Source: a virus
Strand: one strand, 5' to 3'
DNA length: 64,000 nucleotides
IMG/VR virus record: IMGVR_UViG_3300034279_000305
Location: 22,962-86,961 of that record
Under the pieces are notes generated by a model. The model saw only the letters and a list, made by a program, of their open reading frames with translations. It was not told the DNA's origin and did no database searches. The translations under genes were made by a program, and so were the position numbers. Below are positions 35,497 to 45,391 of this stretch, in pieces; position 1 is the stretch's first letter; each line of letters starts with the position of its first letter.

Positions 35497-37080
35497 TTAG
35501 TCCTCTGGGAACGCAATATCATCAGAAGCATCGCTAGTGATGCCGTTCTTCGAAAGTGCAACTAGAACTTCATACTGGATACGACCAGCATGAGCACCAG
35601 TTAGAACCTTGCGATGCACCCAACCAGTGTGAGCAACAGCACCAGATTCTGCCTCATCAATACCTTGGTTTACACCAAGAGCAGCATTAGCAGTCGCAGT
35701 AGTTCCTGCAACAATTTCTAGATACTGAGCATTATTACCAGTTCCGGAAATGTTAACCAGAGTTCCTGCCTTGTAAGTCAGACCAGTTGGAGTACCAGCA
35801 GTTGTAACAATTGCACCACCTTCTTCATCTGTTAGCGTGAACCCTGTCACACTCGGAGATGTTCCAGTTACTGCCGACACCTTATATACTGTTCCAGTTG
35901 TGTAACCAGTAATCGAACCAGTGCCACCAAGAGTTCCTGTAATCTGAACACGGTCACCTGTAGCAAGAGTCGCATTCGCGCAAGTGAATTGACCACCTGT
36001 GCCTGAAATAGCAACAGTACCAAGTGTAGTACCAGCAGAAAGGACTGACGAAGATGCCAGGCGTAATGCGTTAGCACTTAGACCGATAGTAGAAACGTAG
36101 TAAGTTGTGTTATCAGTCAGACCACTAGCAGCAGTGCCACCGCCATCTTGGTATTTTAGAGCAGCGCCCTGTGCTTGACCGTGCGCAGTATATTGGATGT
36201 AGTCGAATGTTGGACTGACTGTGCTTGTTGGTAGAGTTAGAACAGGACCAGCAACAGTAACTGTTGGAGCAGTTTCATATGACGAACCGTTGTTTGTTAC
36301 TGCGATTGCAGTAACTACGCCATCCGCGATTGTTGCTGTTGCTTCAGCATCAGCGCCGCCGCCACCAGAGAACGAAACACCAGGAACTTCAACGTATCCA
36401 GCACCACCCTGAATTAGAGCAACTGCCGAAATATAACCACCTGTTTGGTCACCATGGATTTCGTCGCTTCTTACACCGAATACTTGTGTTGATTCGAAGT
36501 CAGTTGTCGCAACAGAAGAAACAAAGGTTGGTTTCTCGTGGATTCTATAACTCTCATCATCAGCAAATGCAGTCAGAGTCGTACCTGGATTCGCGTTAAT
36601 TACAGTAGCAAGTGTATCGCTAGTAACTGCGATTACAATCATTTCCTGATTGCCACCCGTTGCCGAAGCGCGAACAATGTCACCGACAAACAGTTCTTCA
36701 GTAAATATGGTGCTGTTAGTACCCGTTAGAGTTCCACGACCAAATGCAAGTGGTAGTGTGAATGTATGTGAAGTGCCAATACCATCGGTTGATGCGATTG
36801 TGGTTGGGAAATTGTGCAGTGCATCCGCCTCTGTAGCAGCAACCATGAAAGTGTTTGCTGTTACATTAGTAACATAGTATGTGTTACCAGATGTTAGACC
36901 AACGACCGAAGTTCCTCCGCCGTTTGAATAAACAACAGGATCACCAAGTTGGAATGGATGACCTGCTGAAGTATAAACGCCAGCAGCGTGACCTGTGGCG
37001 CCATTGAATGTGATAGATGGCGCAGTAAGAGTTACCGTACCATCTGATGATTTATTATCTGATTTACCCCATGCGGACAT
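35497..37080 (-). CDS. virion structural/fiber-like protein
   Basis: MSAWG N-terminus, repeated H...GD.V.Y...GL....TYYV modules, G.GY...P.V, HTGWV...EVLVA C-terminus. Confidence 0.7.
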   Translation of the reverse strand: MSAWGKSDNKSSDGTVTLTAPSITFNGATGHAAGVYTSAGHPFQLGDPVVYSNGGGTSVVGLTSGNTYYVTNVTANTFMVAATEADALHNFPTTIASTDGIGTSHTFTLPLAFGRGTLTGTNSTIFTEELFVGDIVRASATGGNQEMIVIAVTSDTLATVINANPGTTLTAFADDESYRIHEKPTFVSSVATTDFESTQVFGVRSDEIHGDQTGGYISAVALIQGGAGYVEVPGVSFSGGGGADAEATATIADGVVTAIAVTNNGSSYETAPTVTVAGPVLTLPTSTVSPTFDYIQYTAHGQAQGAALKYQDGGGTAASGLTDNTTYYVSTIGLSANALRLASSSVLSAGTTLGTVAISGTGGQFTCANATLATGDRVQITGTLGGTGSITGYTTGTVYKVSAVTGTSPSVTGFTLTDEEGGAIVTTAGTPTGLTYKAGTLVNISGTGNNAQYLEIVAGTTATANAALGVNQGIDEAESGAVAHTGWVHRKVLTGAHAGRIQYEVLVALSKNGITSDASDDIAFPED

Positions 37081-38348
37081 TAATTGTCTCCCTTTTTAAA
37101 TTCTTGATCTACGTGGTTGAAAAATTCTTTTCTCTTTTCTTCACCAAGTTCCGAGGGAGACTTGATGTTATAATGTTCTAGAGCAGCATCGAACTTCATT
37201 TTGTATGACTCGTGCATCGACTTTGCTGTATCAATATCTTCTTTAGTCAGTTTCTTGACTGCCATTGAAATACCCTTATGGCGCTTTGTGAGTTTTTTCT
37301 CTAGCGGATTATTTGATTTATATGGAGTCGATGAAGAAATCGCTGTTCCATCTTTTATACCGCTTCTATATGATGTGTTGTCAATCGAGTCTTTTGCCTT
37401 GTTAATATAGCGACCCATTGTTGCCTTCGAGATCTCATCGACCTGTTCGACTTCTTCATTAGTTTTTCTTTTCTGAAGAGATTGAAGACCCTTTTCTCTT
37501 TTCATGTTATTCATTGAAGCTTTGAATGAAGTTGACTTATCTGTCACATAGTCACGAACCTGATCAGATGCCTTGTTGCCGTATGACTTCAGTGTTGCCT
37601 TTGAGAGTTCATCGACCTGTTCGACTTCTTCCTTGGTAATTTTATCAACTGCTCTCTTGATGCCTGTCTCACGATTCTTACGGAGACGCTCTGCTTTATC
37701 ATAAGTTGCTTGGTTGAATCTCTTACCGAAGTGTCCTGTTTCGCTGTCGCCTTGGTATGCAGCAATCTTTGTCAAAGGAACATTCTTTGGTGACATTACA
37801 TTCTTTGGTTGCTCAGCGCCTGATGCTTTCTTGACATAAGAACCCATAGTCTTCTTTGACAGTTCGTCGATCTGCTCTTCGTTCACCTCACCTTGGAGAT
37901 AGTTAGCAGCAGTTGAGATATAATCTTCAGCAAGAGTAATCTTCGACTGAACCCACTCAGGAAGATTTGTATCTTCACTCAACGAGTCATGCATACGCTG
38001 CGAGTTGGCAATGATTGACTTTAGTTGGGACATTGCCATGTCGCCTTCGTAATCATACTCTTGCTTTTCTTTTGCTTCAGTAGCATAAGTCTTAGCACCA
38101 GCACGTGCCTTATTAAAGATTGAATCGTCGCCGAGAACAATGAACATCATCGAGTTAATGAAGTTTGCCATGACATCACGTTCTGCGCCCTGAAGTGTCA
38201 TACCACCTTGCACCTTCGCAATTGCCTTACGAAGAACAGGAATTGTATTTGATGGCATCAGACCAGCACGAACTAGTTGCTGAAGACGACCATCCAAGTC
38301 TTGCGATTCAGCAATGATAGTATCTTTAATTGTTTGCTCTAGACTCAT
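37080..38348 (-). CDS. probable internal head protein with EEVEQVDE repeats
   Basis: Three EQ(V/I)DE(L/I)SK.T...Y..KA modules; late promoter upstream. Confidence 0.65.
   Translation of the reverse strand: MSLEQTIKDTIIAESQDLDGRLQQLVRAGLMPSNTIPVLRKAIAKVQGGMTLQGAERDVMANFINSMMFIVLGDDSIFNKARAGAKTYATEAKEKQEYDYEGDMAMSQLKSIIANSQRMHDSLSEDTNLPEWVQSKITLAEDYISTAANYLQGEVNEEQIDELSKKTMGSYVKKASGAEQPKNVMSPKNVPLTKIAAYQGDSETGHFGKRFNQATYDKAERLRKNRETGIKRAVDKITKEEVEQVDELSKATLKSYGNKASDQVRDYVTDKSTSFKASMNNMKREKGLQSLQKRKTNEEVEQVDEISKATMGRYINKAKDSIDNTSYRSGIKDGTAISSSTPYKSNNPLEKKLTKRHKGISMAVKKLTKEDIDTAKSMHESYKMKFDAALEHYNIKSPSELGEEKRKEFFNHVDQEFKKGDN
37435..37631. repeat. 23-bp direct repeat (37435-37457, 37609-37631)
   Basis: TCATCGACCTGTTCGACTTCTTC twice; degenerate third copy near 37863. 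Confidence 0.85.
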
Positions 38349-38372
38349 TTGATATTCCTCTAATCTTTTCTA

Positions 38373-38380
38373 TATTTATA
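38373..38380 (-). promoter_or_regulatory. T4-type late promoter
   Basis: TATAAATA. Confidence 0.7.
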
Positions 38381-38818
38381 TTATTTAGAGGTTGCCCGTA
38401 GCATCCATGCATGTTTAGCATGAACATCGAGACGCTCTTCAATAAGGTTTACCAGACCGCGATTGCTATCTGCATCCGCCAATTTATGTGCAGCATTTAA
38501 TGCTTCAATTACCGAGGCATTAGCAGTAATAAGATCTGCAAGCATTCCTGAGACATCAACACCGTAAATATTTGACTCTTTGATTGTAGTCATAGATGCC
38601 AATTCGGTCATATTATACGGAGCATACTCATCGAGTGCTCGAATCTCTTCCGCAATCTTGTCGATCGTAGCAAATAGTTCTTCGTAAATGCCAGCAAAGA
38701 AATCATGCATCTGGGAGAAGTCTTTACCTTCTACATTCCAGTGAAAACCATGTGCCTTAAAATACATTGCATATGTATTCGCAAGAACCACCTTCATTGA
38801 TGTCTGTAATTCATCCAT
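38381..38818 (-). CDS. dps: Dps/ferritin-like protein
   Basis: HGFHWNVEG..F..MH.FF..IYEE...D.IAE.IR, K.AWML. Confidence 0.92.
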   Translation of the reverse strand: MDELQTSMKVVLANTYAMYFKAHGFHWNVEGKDFSQMHDFFAGIYEELFATIDKIAEEIRALDEYAPYNMTELASMTTIKESNIYGVDVSGMLADLITANASVIEALNAAHKLADADSNRGLVNLIEERLDVHAKHAWMLRATSK

Positions 38819-38819
38819 A

Positions 38820-39185
38820 TCAACAATTCCATTTACGTAGTGCTAGTGCCTTGCGAGTCGGACGACCCTTCTCATCTTTCATTGGACCTTCTACACCAGA
38901 CATTCTAGCACAGAAAGACTTGCGACGATTCGCTGCTTTACTACCTGCCTTCAACTTAGAGGGAGGAGTGGTTACAGGTGCCTTTAGATTACCACCAGAC
39001 TGTCTGTTATAGTAGTCACGACCTTTTTGTGTGAGTCCGCCAGTAGAGGACTTATGTCCCTTACCATCAACTGCTGCCTCTTTAATGCACGAACCTTGTG
39101 CACACGGTTTAGTTCCTGGTTTGCGTTTGTAACCAGTCCAACAGGTGCATTCCTTTTCGGCAAGATAATCAAAAAACGAAAGCAT
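38820..39185 (-). CDS. basic phage protein (DUF6321-like), capsid-targeting-like N-terminus
   Basis: MLSFFDYLAE; CWTGY; GGLT.KGR, RRKSFCARM, ALRKWNC. Confidence 0.7.
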   Translation of the reverse strand: MLSFFDYLAEKECTCWTGYKRKPGTKPCAQGSCIKEAAVDGKGHKSSTGGLTQKGRDYYNRQSGGNLKAPVTTPPSKLKAGSKAANRRKSFCARMSGVEGPMKDEKGRPTRKALALRKWNC

Positions 39186-41608
39186 TACTTTTTCTTTCTT
39201 TTATTTCTATTGTTGATTCTCTTGCGGTCGATCATACGTTCTTTTTGTTGAAGGCGAAGGGAAAGTCTACCGACCATTGGCGCCATGCGCTTTACCATTC
39301 CTTCAATTCTTGTTTTCTCAGTAGCAGAGAGTGTAGAACGGTCACGACCACGGAGGACTCTGCTATAAACCATGTTACGAGCAGCGCGAACAGATCTTGA
39401 CTTAATACGATCAGGAGTCGCGACACGCTTCAGTGCAAGGTTTCTTGCCATGTTACGACGTGATTTACTACGCATCATATTGAAACGCTTCTTCAGACGA
39501 CCTTGTGGAGTAATACCCTCAGCGATATCTTCATCGGAATCTTCGTAGTTTAGATCTTCATCGTCATAATAGAAAACTAGATCTTCCCACTCAGAGTTTT
39601 CGATCTGGGCAGCAACATCATTTTCGATTGCGACCATATCATATTCATCGTGACGATCGTCGCTATTGTAGTCCGTTATATCATCGCGGACTGGTGGAGT
39701 TGGATAGTTAGCAGGAGTGATAGAATCTGTGTTAGGTTTTTCCTGACTGAAGTCAGCAAATTCTTCGTGGATTGCTTTAAGGAAATCTTCATGCGACTTA
39801 TGTGCACGCTTGATTAATGATTCCTTTTCGATCGACGACTTCAGACCATGATACTTGTTCATAAATTTGTCGTGATGGTTAGGAGCAATCTCATGTTCCT
39901 TACCATCATAGAACTTTACCTTGGCATTAATCGACTGAGACTTATGAAGTTGGTGAACCAGATTCTTTGGTTCATTAGCAGCTGCCTCTTTCGCCTTCGC
40001 CTTTTTTCTTGCAATAACTTTTTTAGCACGTGCAATATTTGCAGGGTCTGACATAGCACGTTGGATTTTTTGTCTAAATTCGTCCCTAGCAGAAACCCCC
40101 TTAGCAGAAATTTCCGTCAGAGTTTCTTCGTTAACATGACCATCGTGTTCCGAATCAAGACTTTTAAATCCAGACTTAACACCATGATGGAATCCAGTTG
40201 CCTGATACCCTTTTTTGAATTTATATGCAGCGCCTTTATCAGAAATGTAGTGTAGTTCACCACCCCACCCCTTTAGATGCTTTTTAAACTCTGGTGAGTT
40301 GTGATCTTTACTATCGCCCTTGACATGGACAGAGTAGACCTTACCTTCGACTTCTTCTGGAAGAATGCTCGACTTAGTTACCTTCGACTTGAACACCTTG
40401 TGATCAACGCCAACTCTCTTTGCAGCAACCTTGTGAGCATGAGCAGTGTTCTGCGCCTTAACGTGAACAGAACCAGCAGCGACTGCCTTACCAGCATGTT
40501 GCTTAGGGAAGTCTACCTTCCACATGCCATGCGCTTCTTCAGTCTGTGATGCCTTCAGTGCTGCCGCAGTAGGTGCACCCTCAGATCCAGGTTTGCGCAT
40601 ACGCTCACCCGATCCTGCTTTAATGCGCTTACGCTTGGCATGAATGTTATCCCACAGTCCACGCTTTTCTTCGAGTTCTGATTCTTCCTTGACAGCATTC
40701 TGACGAAGACTCTTGTAACGACGAATAGCAGATTTACGCTCAGAAGAACCACCAGGAGTTTTTATAAGATCAGCATATGCTTTCTTGATTTCTGGATTAG
40801 TCACACCTTCATCAATTTCAACTTCTTCGTGCATCTCTGGTTTATATTTCTTTTTAAATTCAGAGAATCTGCTAGTGATGTTTTTATCAGTTGGATTGTC
40901 AGCAATATGACGACCATGCGCAGAATCAAGGAAGTGCTTGACCATTACGTTTGGTTTCTTTGCATCAGAAAGATGTCCAGCAGCACCCACTAGTTTCTTA
41001 GCATAACGATGCATGGCAGAATATCTCTTATCTTTCTCAGCATCGTCGCGTGCTTCTACAGTACCATGGTATCCGTAACCTTTGTTACCTGAGGTAACAC
41101 GAGTCAGTGCTTCGTCAAGTTCTGCTGTATCACATTGACCGCAGCACTCTGGAGTTCCGCAATTGTCATGTTCGATAATCTTTGCATTCAATGGTTTGCG
41201 AGCTTCTTTCTCAGTTGCTTTCTTGTATGCCACATCCATATCTTTGTCTGAATCGCTCTCCTGTGGTTTCATACCAGGATTTGGGTGGTAACCATAGTCA
41301 CCCTCTTCTGGGAATCCCTCTCTAGGATGCTTCATAGAGTCTGCTTCATCAAGACCCTTTTTGCGTCTTAGGGCGGCAGTGAAATGATCAGGTGTTCCAG
41401 TATCTGGATCCATCTTTAGTTTGGCACCTGCTTTTTTTGCAACTGCTGCATTCTTATTGACCGATTCCTTGACAGCATTCATCGCCTTGCGTGCAAGGTG
41501 CTTGGCAACGTTCTTAATCTCGTTGCCATACTTATCCTTACGCTTCTCGCCTGATCGACGAGTCGGGTTTTTAGGATCTTCTTGCCATGGTGGTGAATCA
41601 TTTTTCAT
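39185..41608 (-). CDS. large modular protein, probable processed internal head protein
   Basis: Basic modules separated by acidic (I/L/V)xE linkers; late promoter upstream. Confidence 0.6.
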   Translation of the reverse strand: MKNDSPPWQEDPKNPTRRSGEKRKDKYGNEIKNVAKHLARKAMNAVKESVNKNAAVAKKAGAKLKMDPDTGTPDHFTAALRRKKGLDEADSMKHPREGFPEEGDYGYHPNPGMKPQESDSDKDMDVAYKKATEKEARKPLNAKIIEHDNCGTPECCGQCDTAELDEALTRVTSGNKGYGYHGTVEARDDAEKDKRYSAMHRYAKKLVGAAGHLSDAKKPNVMVKHFLDSAHGRHIADNPTDKNITSRFSEFKKKYKPEMHEEVEIDEGVTNPEIKKAYADLIKTPGGSSERKSAIRRYKSLRQNAVKEESELEEKRGLWDNIHAKRKRIKAGSGERMRKPGSEGAPTAAALKASQTEEAHGMWKVDFPKQHAGKAVAAGSVHVKAQNTAHAHKVAAKRVGVDHKVFKSKVTKSSILPEEVEGKVYSVHVKGDSKDHNSPEFKKHLKGWGGELHYISDKGAAYKFKKGYQATGFHHGVKSGFKSLDSEHDGHVNEETLTEISAKGVSARDEFRQKIQRAMSDPANIARAKKVIARKKAKAKEAAANEPKNLVHQLHKSQSINAKVKFYDGKEHEIAPNHHDKFMNKYHGLKSSIEKESLIKRAHKSHEDFLKAIHEEFADFSQEKPNTDSITPANYPTPPVRDDITDYNSDDRHDEYDMVAIENDVAAQIENSEWEDLVFYYDDEDLNYEDSDEDIAEGITPQGRLKKRFNMMRSKSRRNMARNLALKRVATPDRIKSRSVRAARNMVYSRVLRGRDRSTLSATEKTRIEGMVKRMAPMVGRLSLRLQQKERMIDRKRINNRNKRKKK

Positions 41609-41636
41609 GTTTGGGTTACTCTCCAGTCGTTTGCTA

Positions 41637-41644
41637 TATTTATA
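41637..41644 (-). promoter_or_regulatory. T4-type late promoter
   Basis: TATAAATA. Confidence 0.7.
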
Positions 41645-41648
41645 ATAA

Positions 41649-42731
41649 TTACTGCTTGTATTTGAAATCGCACATCAAACGAGATGGAAACCCTTCTTTC
41701 CCCTGTGAATCTCGAATGTTTAATTTGAATTCATATTTGGGACTGTCAATCACAATATCAATTCTTTTGCCCCTTCCACCTTTACCACCATAGTAGATAG
41801 TTTGCGACAGAGCATTTGCACCAGATCGCATATAGACTTCATCGACTTTATATGATTTAATTTTTCCAGGAAATTTATGGATAACGTGGTATCCATACCC
41901 AATACCAGATTCAAGTAGAGTCTTTAATTTAAGTAGATTAGGAGAAACTACTGGCACAATCTCGCCTTTACCAGTCCCGTTAAAAATGTCGCAGAATTTT
42001 TTATGGTCAATCTTAAACAAGTCCAACAGTGCCTGTCCATCTTTATTTGTAATTGAACCTGTTTGTATTTCATTCTTAGTAAGAATAGTTTGAACGCCAA
42101 CATTAAAGAATGTAACAGTACTCTCAAATTTCAAACTGAGAAATAATGTTTGTGCAATTTTATTCTTATCTTTCCATGTAACAGTAATATCAGTTACTGC
42201 AGCACCAATATCGTTACCAACCCCCTTAGTATTGGTCAATTTAATTCCACCAATAAATGACAACGGTCTTTTGGTATTTTCACCACCAACCGCATCAACC
42301 TTGAAATCAGAACCTTGTCCAATACCATAAGTTTTATCTAGACCCTCGATGGTTTCTAGCACCATTCGATCCATACCAGTAGTTTCACCTGCTCGCCAGT
42401 CTTTTAATGCTTGGGTGAATTCCTCTTCAAATGCATTACCGCGATTTGCAGCGCCTCTGTTACCAGAAGATCCATCTCCAAATTTTACCTTAAATGGTTG
42501 CTTAACTCCAGACTGAGTTAAGATTTGCTGCTCGGTAAGAGAACCTTTAATGGCACGAACGACATTGATTGGTCCTCGGTCAACATCAATGTTAATCGGA
42601 GTGGCAATTGTTGCGTATTTTTTACGCAGAAATTTAAATACCGCCTTACAATTATCACGATACGCTTTAGGTTTGGTCTTAAGAGTGGAATCGATATCTT
42701 CCTCAGATGTTGGGAAAAAATTGTAAGCCAT
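41649..42731 (-). CDS. hypothetical protein, possible PD-(D/E)XK nuclease fold
   Basis: GNAFEE...TDITV...FLSLK pattern. Confidence 0.45.
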   Translation of the reverse strand: MAYNFFPTSEEDIDSTLKTKPKAYRDNCKAVFKFLRKKYATIATPINIDVDRGPINVVRAIKGSLTEQQILTQSGVKQPFKVKFGDGSSGNRGAANRGNAFEEEFTQALKDWRAGETTGMDRMVLETIEGLDKTYGIGQGSDFKVDAVGGENTKRPLSFIGGIKLTNTKGVGNDIGAAVTDITVTWKDKNKIAQTLFLSLKFESTVTFFNVGVQTILTKNEIQTGSITNKDGQALLDLFKIDHKKFCDIFNGTGKGEIVPVVSPNLLKLKTLLESGIGYGYHVIHKFPGKIKSYKVDEVYMRSGANALSQTIYYGGKGGRGKRIDIVIDSPKYEFKLNIRDSQGKEGFPSRLMCDFKYKQ

Positions 42732-43252
42732 TATTTCTTCTTCTTTGAATTTTTTTCGTTCACTGCATCGACTGCCTCTTTGTTGTCAGCAATCCATTTC
42801 TGAAGCGCAATTAATTGCTCGGCGTTTTGCTGGCATCTGGAGTAGTTTCCGATGATGCCGAGGAGGGCTGTAGTGTCTGTAATTCCAGAGGGGGACGCAT
42901 CAGAACTTCTGGTGGGGTCGGCATCACTGGCAGTGGCACTAGAGTCGTGCGCGAACACCCAACCGTTAGACATAACATGCTGAGTAGGAACATTTTCTTT
43001 GATAATGTCGCGATATACATATTCTTTTTCCTTGATTGTATTGGTTCTGTCTACATACTGAGTCACCACTTCAGTGGAGATCTCAGAGTTTTTCTTTTCC
43101 ATATCTGCTACTAATGTTGCATTCTTTGCAGCAAATCTTTGTAGTTCTGCATCAGCATAAGCAGATCCCTTCATGTATCCATAAACAAAAACACCAAGTA
43201 TTAAGGCAACACCTGCCAGTAACTTATATGGTAACGGGATCATACCAAACAT
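42731..43252 (-). CDS. Rz-like inner-membrane spanin
   Basis: N-terminal TM, coiled coil, C-terminal NY..C....QL.ALQ.W. Confidence 0.75.
   Translation of the reverse strand: MFGMIPLPYKLLAGVALILGVFVYGYMKGSAYADAELQRFAAKNATLVADMEKKNSEISTEVVTQYVDRTNTIKEKEYVYRDIIKENVPTQHVMSNGWVFAHDSSATASDADPTRSSDASPSGITDTTALLGIIGNYSRCQQNAEQLIALQKWIADNKEAVDAVNEKNSKKKK
42811..43020 (-). CDS. Rz1-like outer-membrane lipoprotein spanin, nested in Rz
   Basis: AAGGA SD, lipobox LTVGC, Pro-rich mature part, fully embedded in another frame. Confidence 0.75.
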   Translation of the reverse strand: MYIATLSKKMFLLSMLCLTVGCSRTTLVPLPVMPTPPEVLMRPPLELQTLQPSSASSETTPDASKTPSN

Positions 43253-43262
43253 ATTTAATTCC

Positions 43263-43502
43263 TTATTCTTCTTCTGACTTCTTAGTTGGTTTCTTGGGCG
43301 CAAACTTCTCCACGCCTGTAATGCCAAGAGTACCGATAACAATATACATTACACCATTAAAGATAAACTCTTCAATTGTGAAATCCCAGAATAGATTTGC
43401 AATATAACCAATGGCAACAAGAATAGTAGCAACAACTGCAATCATACGTTTAGTCGATGGATTGCCATTGTCTGACATCATATCTATTAGAAATTTACCC
43501 AT
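43263..43502 (-). CDS. two-TM membrane protein (holin candidate)
   Basis: Two TMs, basic tail, upstream of spanins. Confidence 0.55.
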   Translation of the reverse strand: MGKFLIDMMSDNGNPSTKRMIAVVATILVAIGYIANLFWDFTIEEFIFNGVMYIVIGTLGITGVEKFAPKKPTKKSEEE

Positions 43503-43503
43503 C

Positions 43504-44112
43504 TTACAGTCCTAGAAATGTTTTGAATGATAGTGACTCGTGGATACCCATACCATGGCGAACGTCTTTATAGAGTTCGTGCTTATGCTTTGTTGACATG
43601 GCACTTGGTGCCATCTTATGGAATTCTTTTTCGTTACCAACAGAGGCATGATGACGCATCTTGGTAGCAGATGCACCACCGACTCCAGTGTCTGCATCAG
43701 AACGTTCTCCGCCGACCTTGTGGATCTTGATACCCTTGAAGTTGAAGTAACCATGTTTACCTTCAACACCATTATATTTATGGATCAGCGTATGAAATTC
43801 GTGCGCACGATCGGAACCCACGTGCAAGTGAAGGTGCGTCACACCCGACTTGTGTAGATTCGAAAGATGGTGAAGCATTGTTGGTGATTCTTTGGTGGCA
43901 AGTTTAACATTTGCTCCAGGGAATGCACGCTTGGCATGCTTTAACTTTTGTTCAGGTGTCAGAGGATTCTTTTTGGAATCATGACTGCCAGTGAGAATGA
44001 TAGTGTGTCCATGTTCACCTGCTGTCTTACGAACCTGATTGACAACTGCTTCGTGACCAACAGTAGGAGGGTTCATTCTCCCCTGTGTAATGTGGTGATG
44101 GACTTCGCTCAT
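43504..44112 (-). CDS. cytidyltransferase-like (HIGH) nucleotidyltransferase
   Basis: GRMNPPTVGH, KNPL, VGSDR, SATKMR. Confidence 0.85.
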   Translation of the reverse strand: MSEVHHHITQGRMNPPTVGHEAVVNQVRKTAGEHGHTIILTGSHDSKKNPLTPEQKLKHAKRAFPGANVKLATKESPTMLHHLSNLHKSGVTHLHLHVGSDRAHEFHTLIHKYNGVEGKHGYFNFKGIKIHKVGGERSDADTGVGGASATKMRHHASVGNEKEFHKMAPSAMSTKHKHELYKDVRHGMGIHESLSFKTFLGL

Positions 44113-45248
44113 TTTTTACCCTTGCCTGCTCTCAGGATGGCGCTGCGTTCACGATTCGCTTTCGAGAATCCTTCGCGGTCAACAACCTTTAGTCCGTTTG
44201 CAACGTAACCTTCACCACCTGCTGCCTTGCCATTAATCTTTGTGTGGAATCCACCGCCACCAGAAGAATCAAGACCACGTGCTAGATGATTGGTTGCTTG
44301 TTGAAGATGATGATGGATCTCAAATGACTTAGCGAAGTGTTCTTTGTTCTTTGTAACATGCGAGAGGTCAGCATGCATTGTTGCAGTCTTACGCTCTTTA
44401 GCAGCAGCAGTTTTAACTGCGTCAATCTTCTTCTGGTGGACTGCTTGAAGATGCTTCTTGTATCCAGCAACTGATGGAGTTTCCTCACTTGTAACTGTCT
44501 TATTGATATAAGAACGAGCAGTAATCTCATGACCGTCGAGGTGATGGTAGGAGTGATCCTTCATCAATTTTTCTGCTTGCGTTAAGTGATGATCAGCAGA
44601 TGCCTTTACTTCGCTCGACAAGTTGCGCTCATGTGGTGCTACCAAGTGCTGAACCATGTGAACATCTGGGTGCGAACCGAAGTGTGAGGTGTCAGTAATA
44701 GGATGTGCAGTCTTGTGTTCACCCTTCAGTTCTGTATGAACCGTGGCGCTTACTTTTGACCTTTGGAGTTTCTGTCCTTCTTCACCACTAACAGGAGTGT
44801 GATACTGAATCGTGTTAGGAGTGTGGGAAATGTGTCCATCTTTGGTTTCGCGAGTATGCGGTTCGCTCATATATCCACCCTGATATTCACCAGCGTGTTT
44901 TGGCAGAACTTTACCTAGATGTTTATGGAGCGCCTTCAGCGGACCAACAAGATATGGTTTGTGACCATGTTGTCTATCAATATCTGATGCGGAGAAATTA
45001 TAGTGTGCTCCTGGACCCTTGTACTTTACACCGACCTTACCTTCTGGGGTGCGGATGGCATGGAACGACATCTTGTCGTCAATCTTACGGGTGAGAGGAG
45101 TTTTGCCTGATGCGACACCTTGGAGTGTCTTCAGAGCATGATGTGCTGCATCGGCATTATCGAATGATCTATCCGACGGGTGTTCAATATGTTGAATCCC
45201 AGCAGCAGGTTTTTTTTCTTCAGAGAGATATTGGGTAAATGATAACAT
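44109..45248 (-). CDS. conserved T4-like protein (DUF6267-like), partner of cytidyltransferase
   Basis: MLSFTQYLSEE, HIEHPSD, KIDD, TPNTI.Y, EGYV, KVVDR..FS.AN. Confidence 0.7.
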   Translation of the reverse strand: MLSFTQYLSEEKKPAAGIQHIEHPSDRSFDNADAAHHALKTLQGVASGKTPLTRKIDDKMSFHAIRTPEGKVGVKYKGPGAHYNFSASDIDRQHGHKPYLVGPLKALHKHLGKVLPKHAGEYQGGYMSEPHTRETKDGHISHTPNTIQYHTPVSGEEGQKLQRSKVSATVHTELKGEHKTAHPITDTSHFGSHPDVHMVQHLVAPHERNLSSEVKASADHHLTQAEKLMKDHSYHHLDGHEITARSYINKTVTSEETPSVAGYKKHLQAVHQKKIDAVKTAAAKERKTATMHADLSHVTKNKEHFAKSFEIHHHLQQATNHLARGLDSSGGGGFHTKINGKAAGGEGYVANGLKVVDREGFSKANRERSAILRAGKGKK

Positions 45249-45275
45249 GGTGTTCCCGTTCAATTGTATCTCTCA

Positions 45276-45283
45276 TATTTATA
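45276..45283 (-). promoter_or_regulatory. T4-type late promoter
   Basis: TATAAATA. Confidence 0.7.
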
Positions 45284-45289
45284 ATAAAA

Positions 45290-45377
45290 ATGCCTTACAA
45301 TTACTCCGACTTGTATTATATTTTCTCGCTAAGAGAATGTGATTACTACGAGTAGACCGTTGGTAATTGTTTGGCAT
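45290..45377 (-). ncRNA. candidate long-hairpin small RNA or terminator
   Basis: ATGCC..ACAATTAC / GTAATTGT..GGCAT arms, apical TTCTC/GAGAA, followed by T-run. Confidence 0.4.
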
Positions 45378-45391
45378 CACCATAGTATTTA

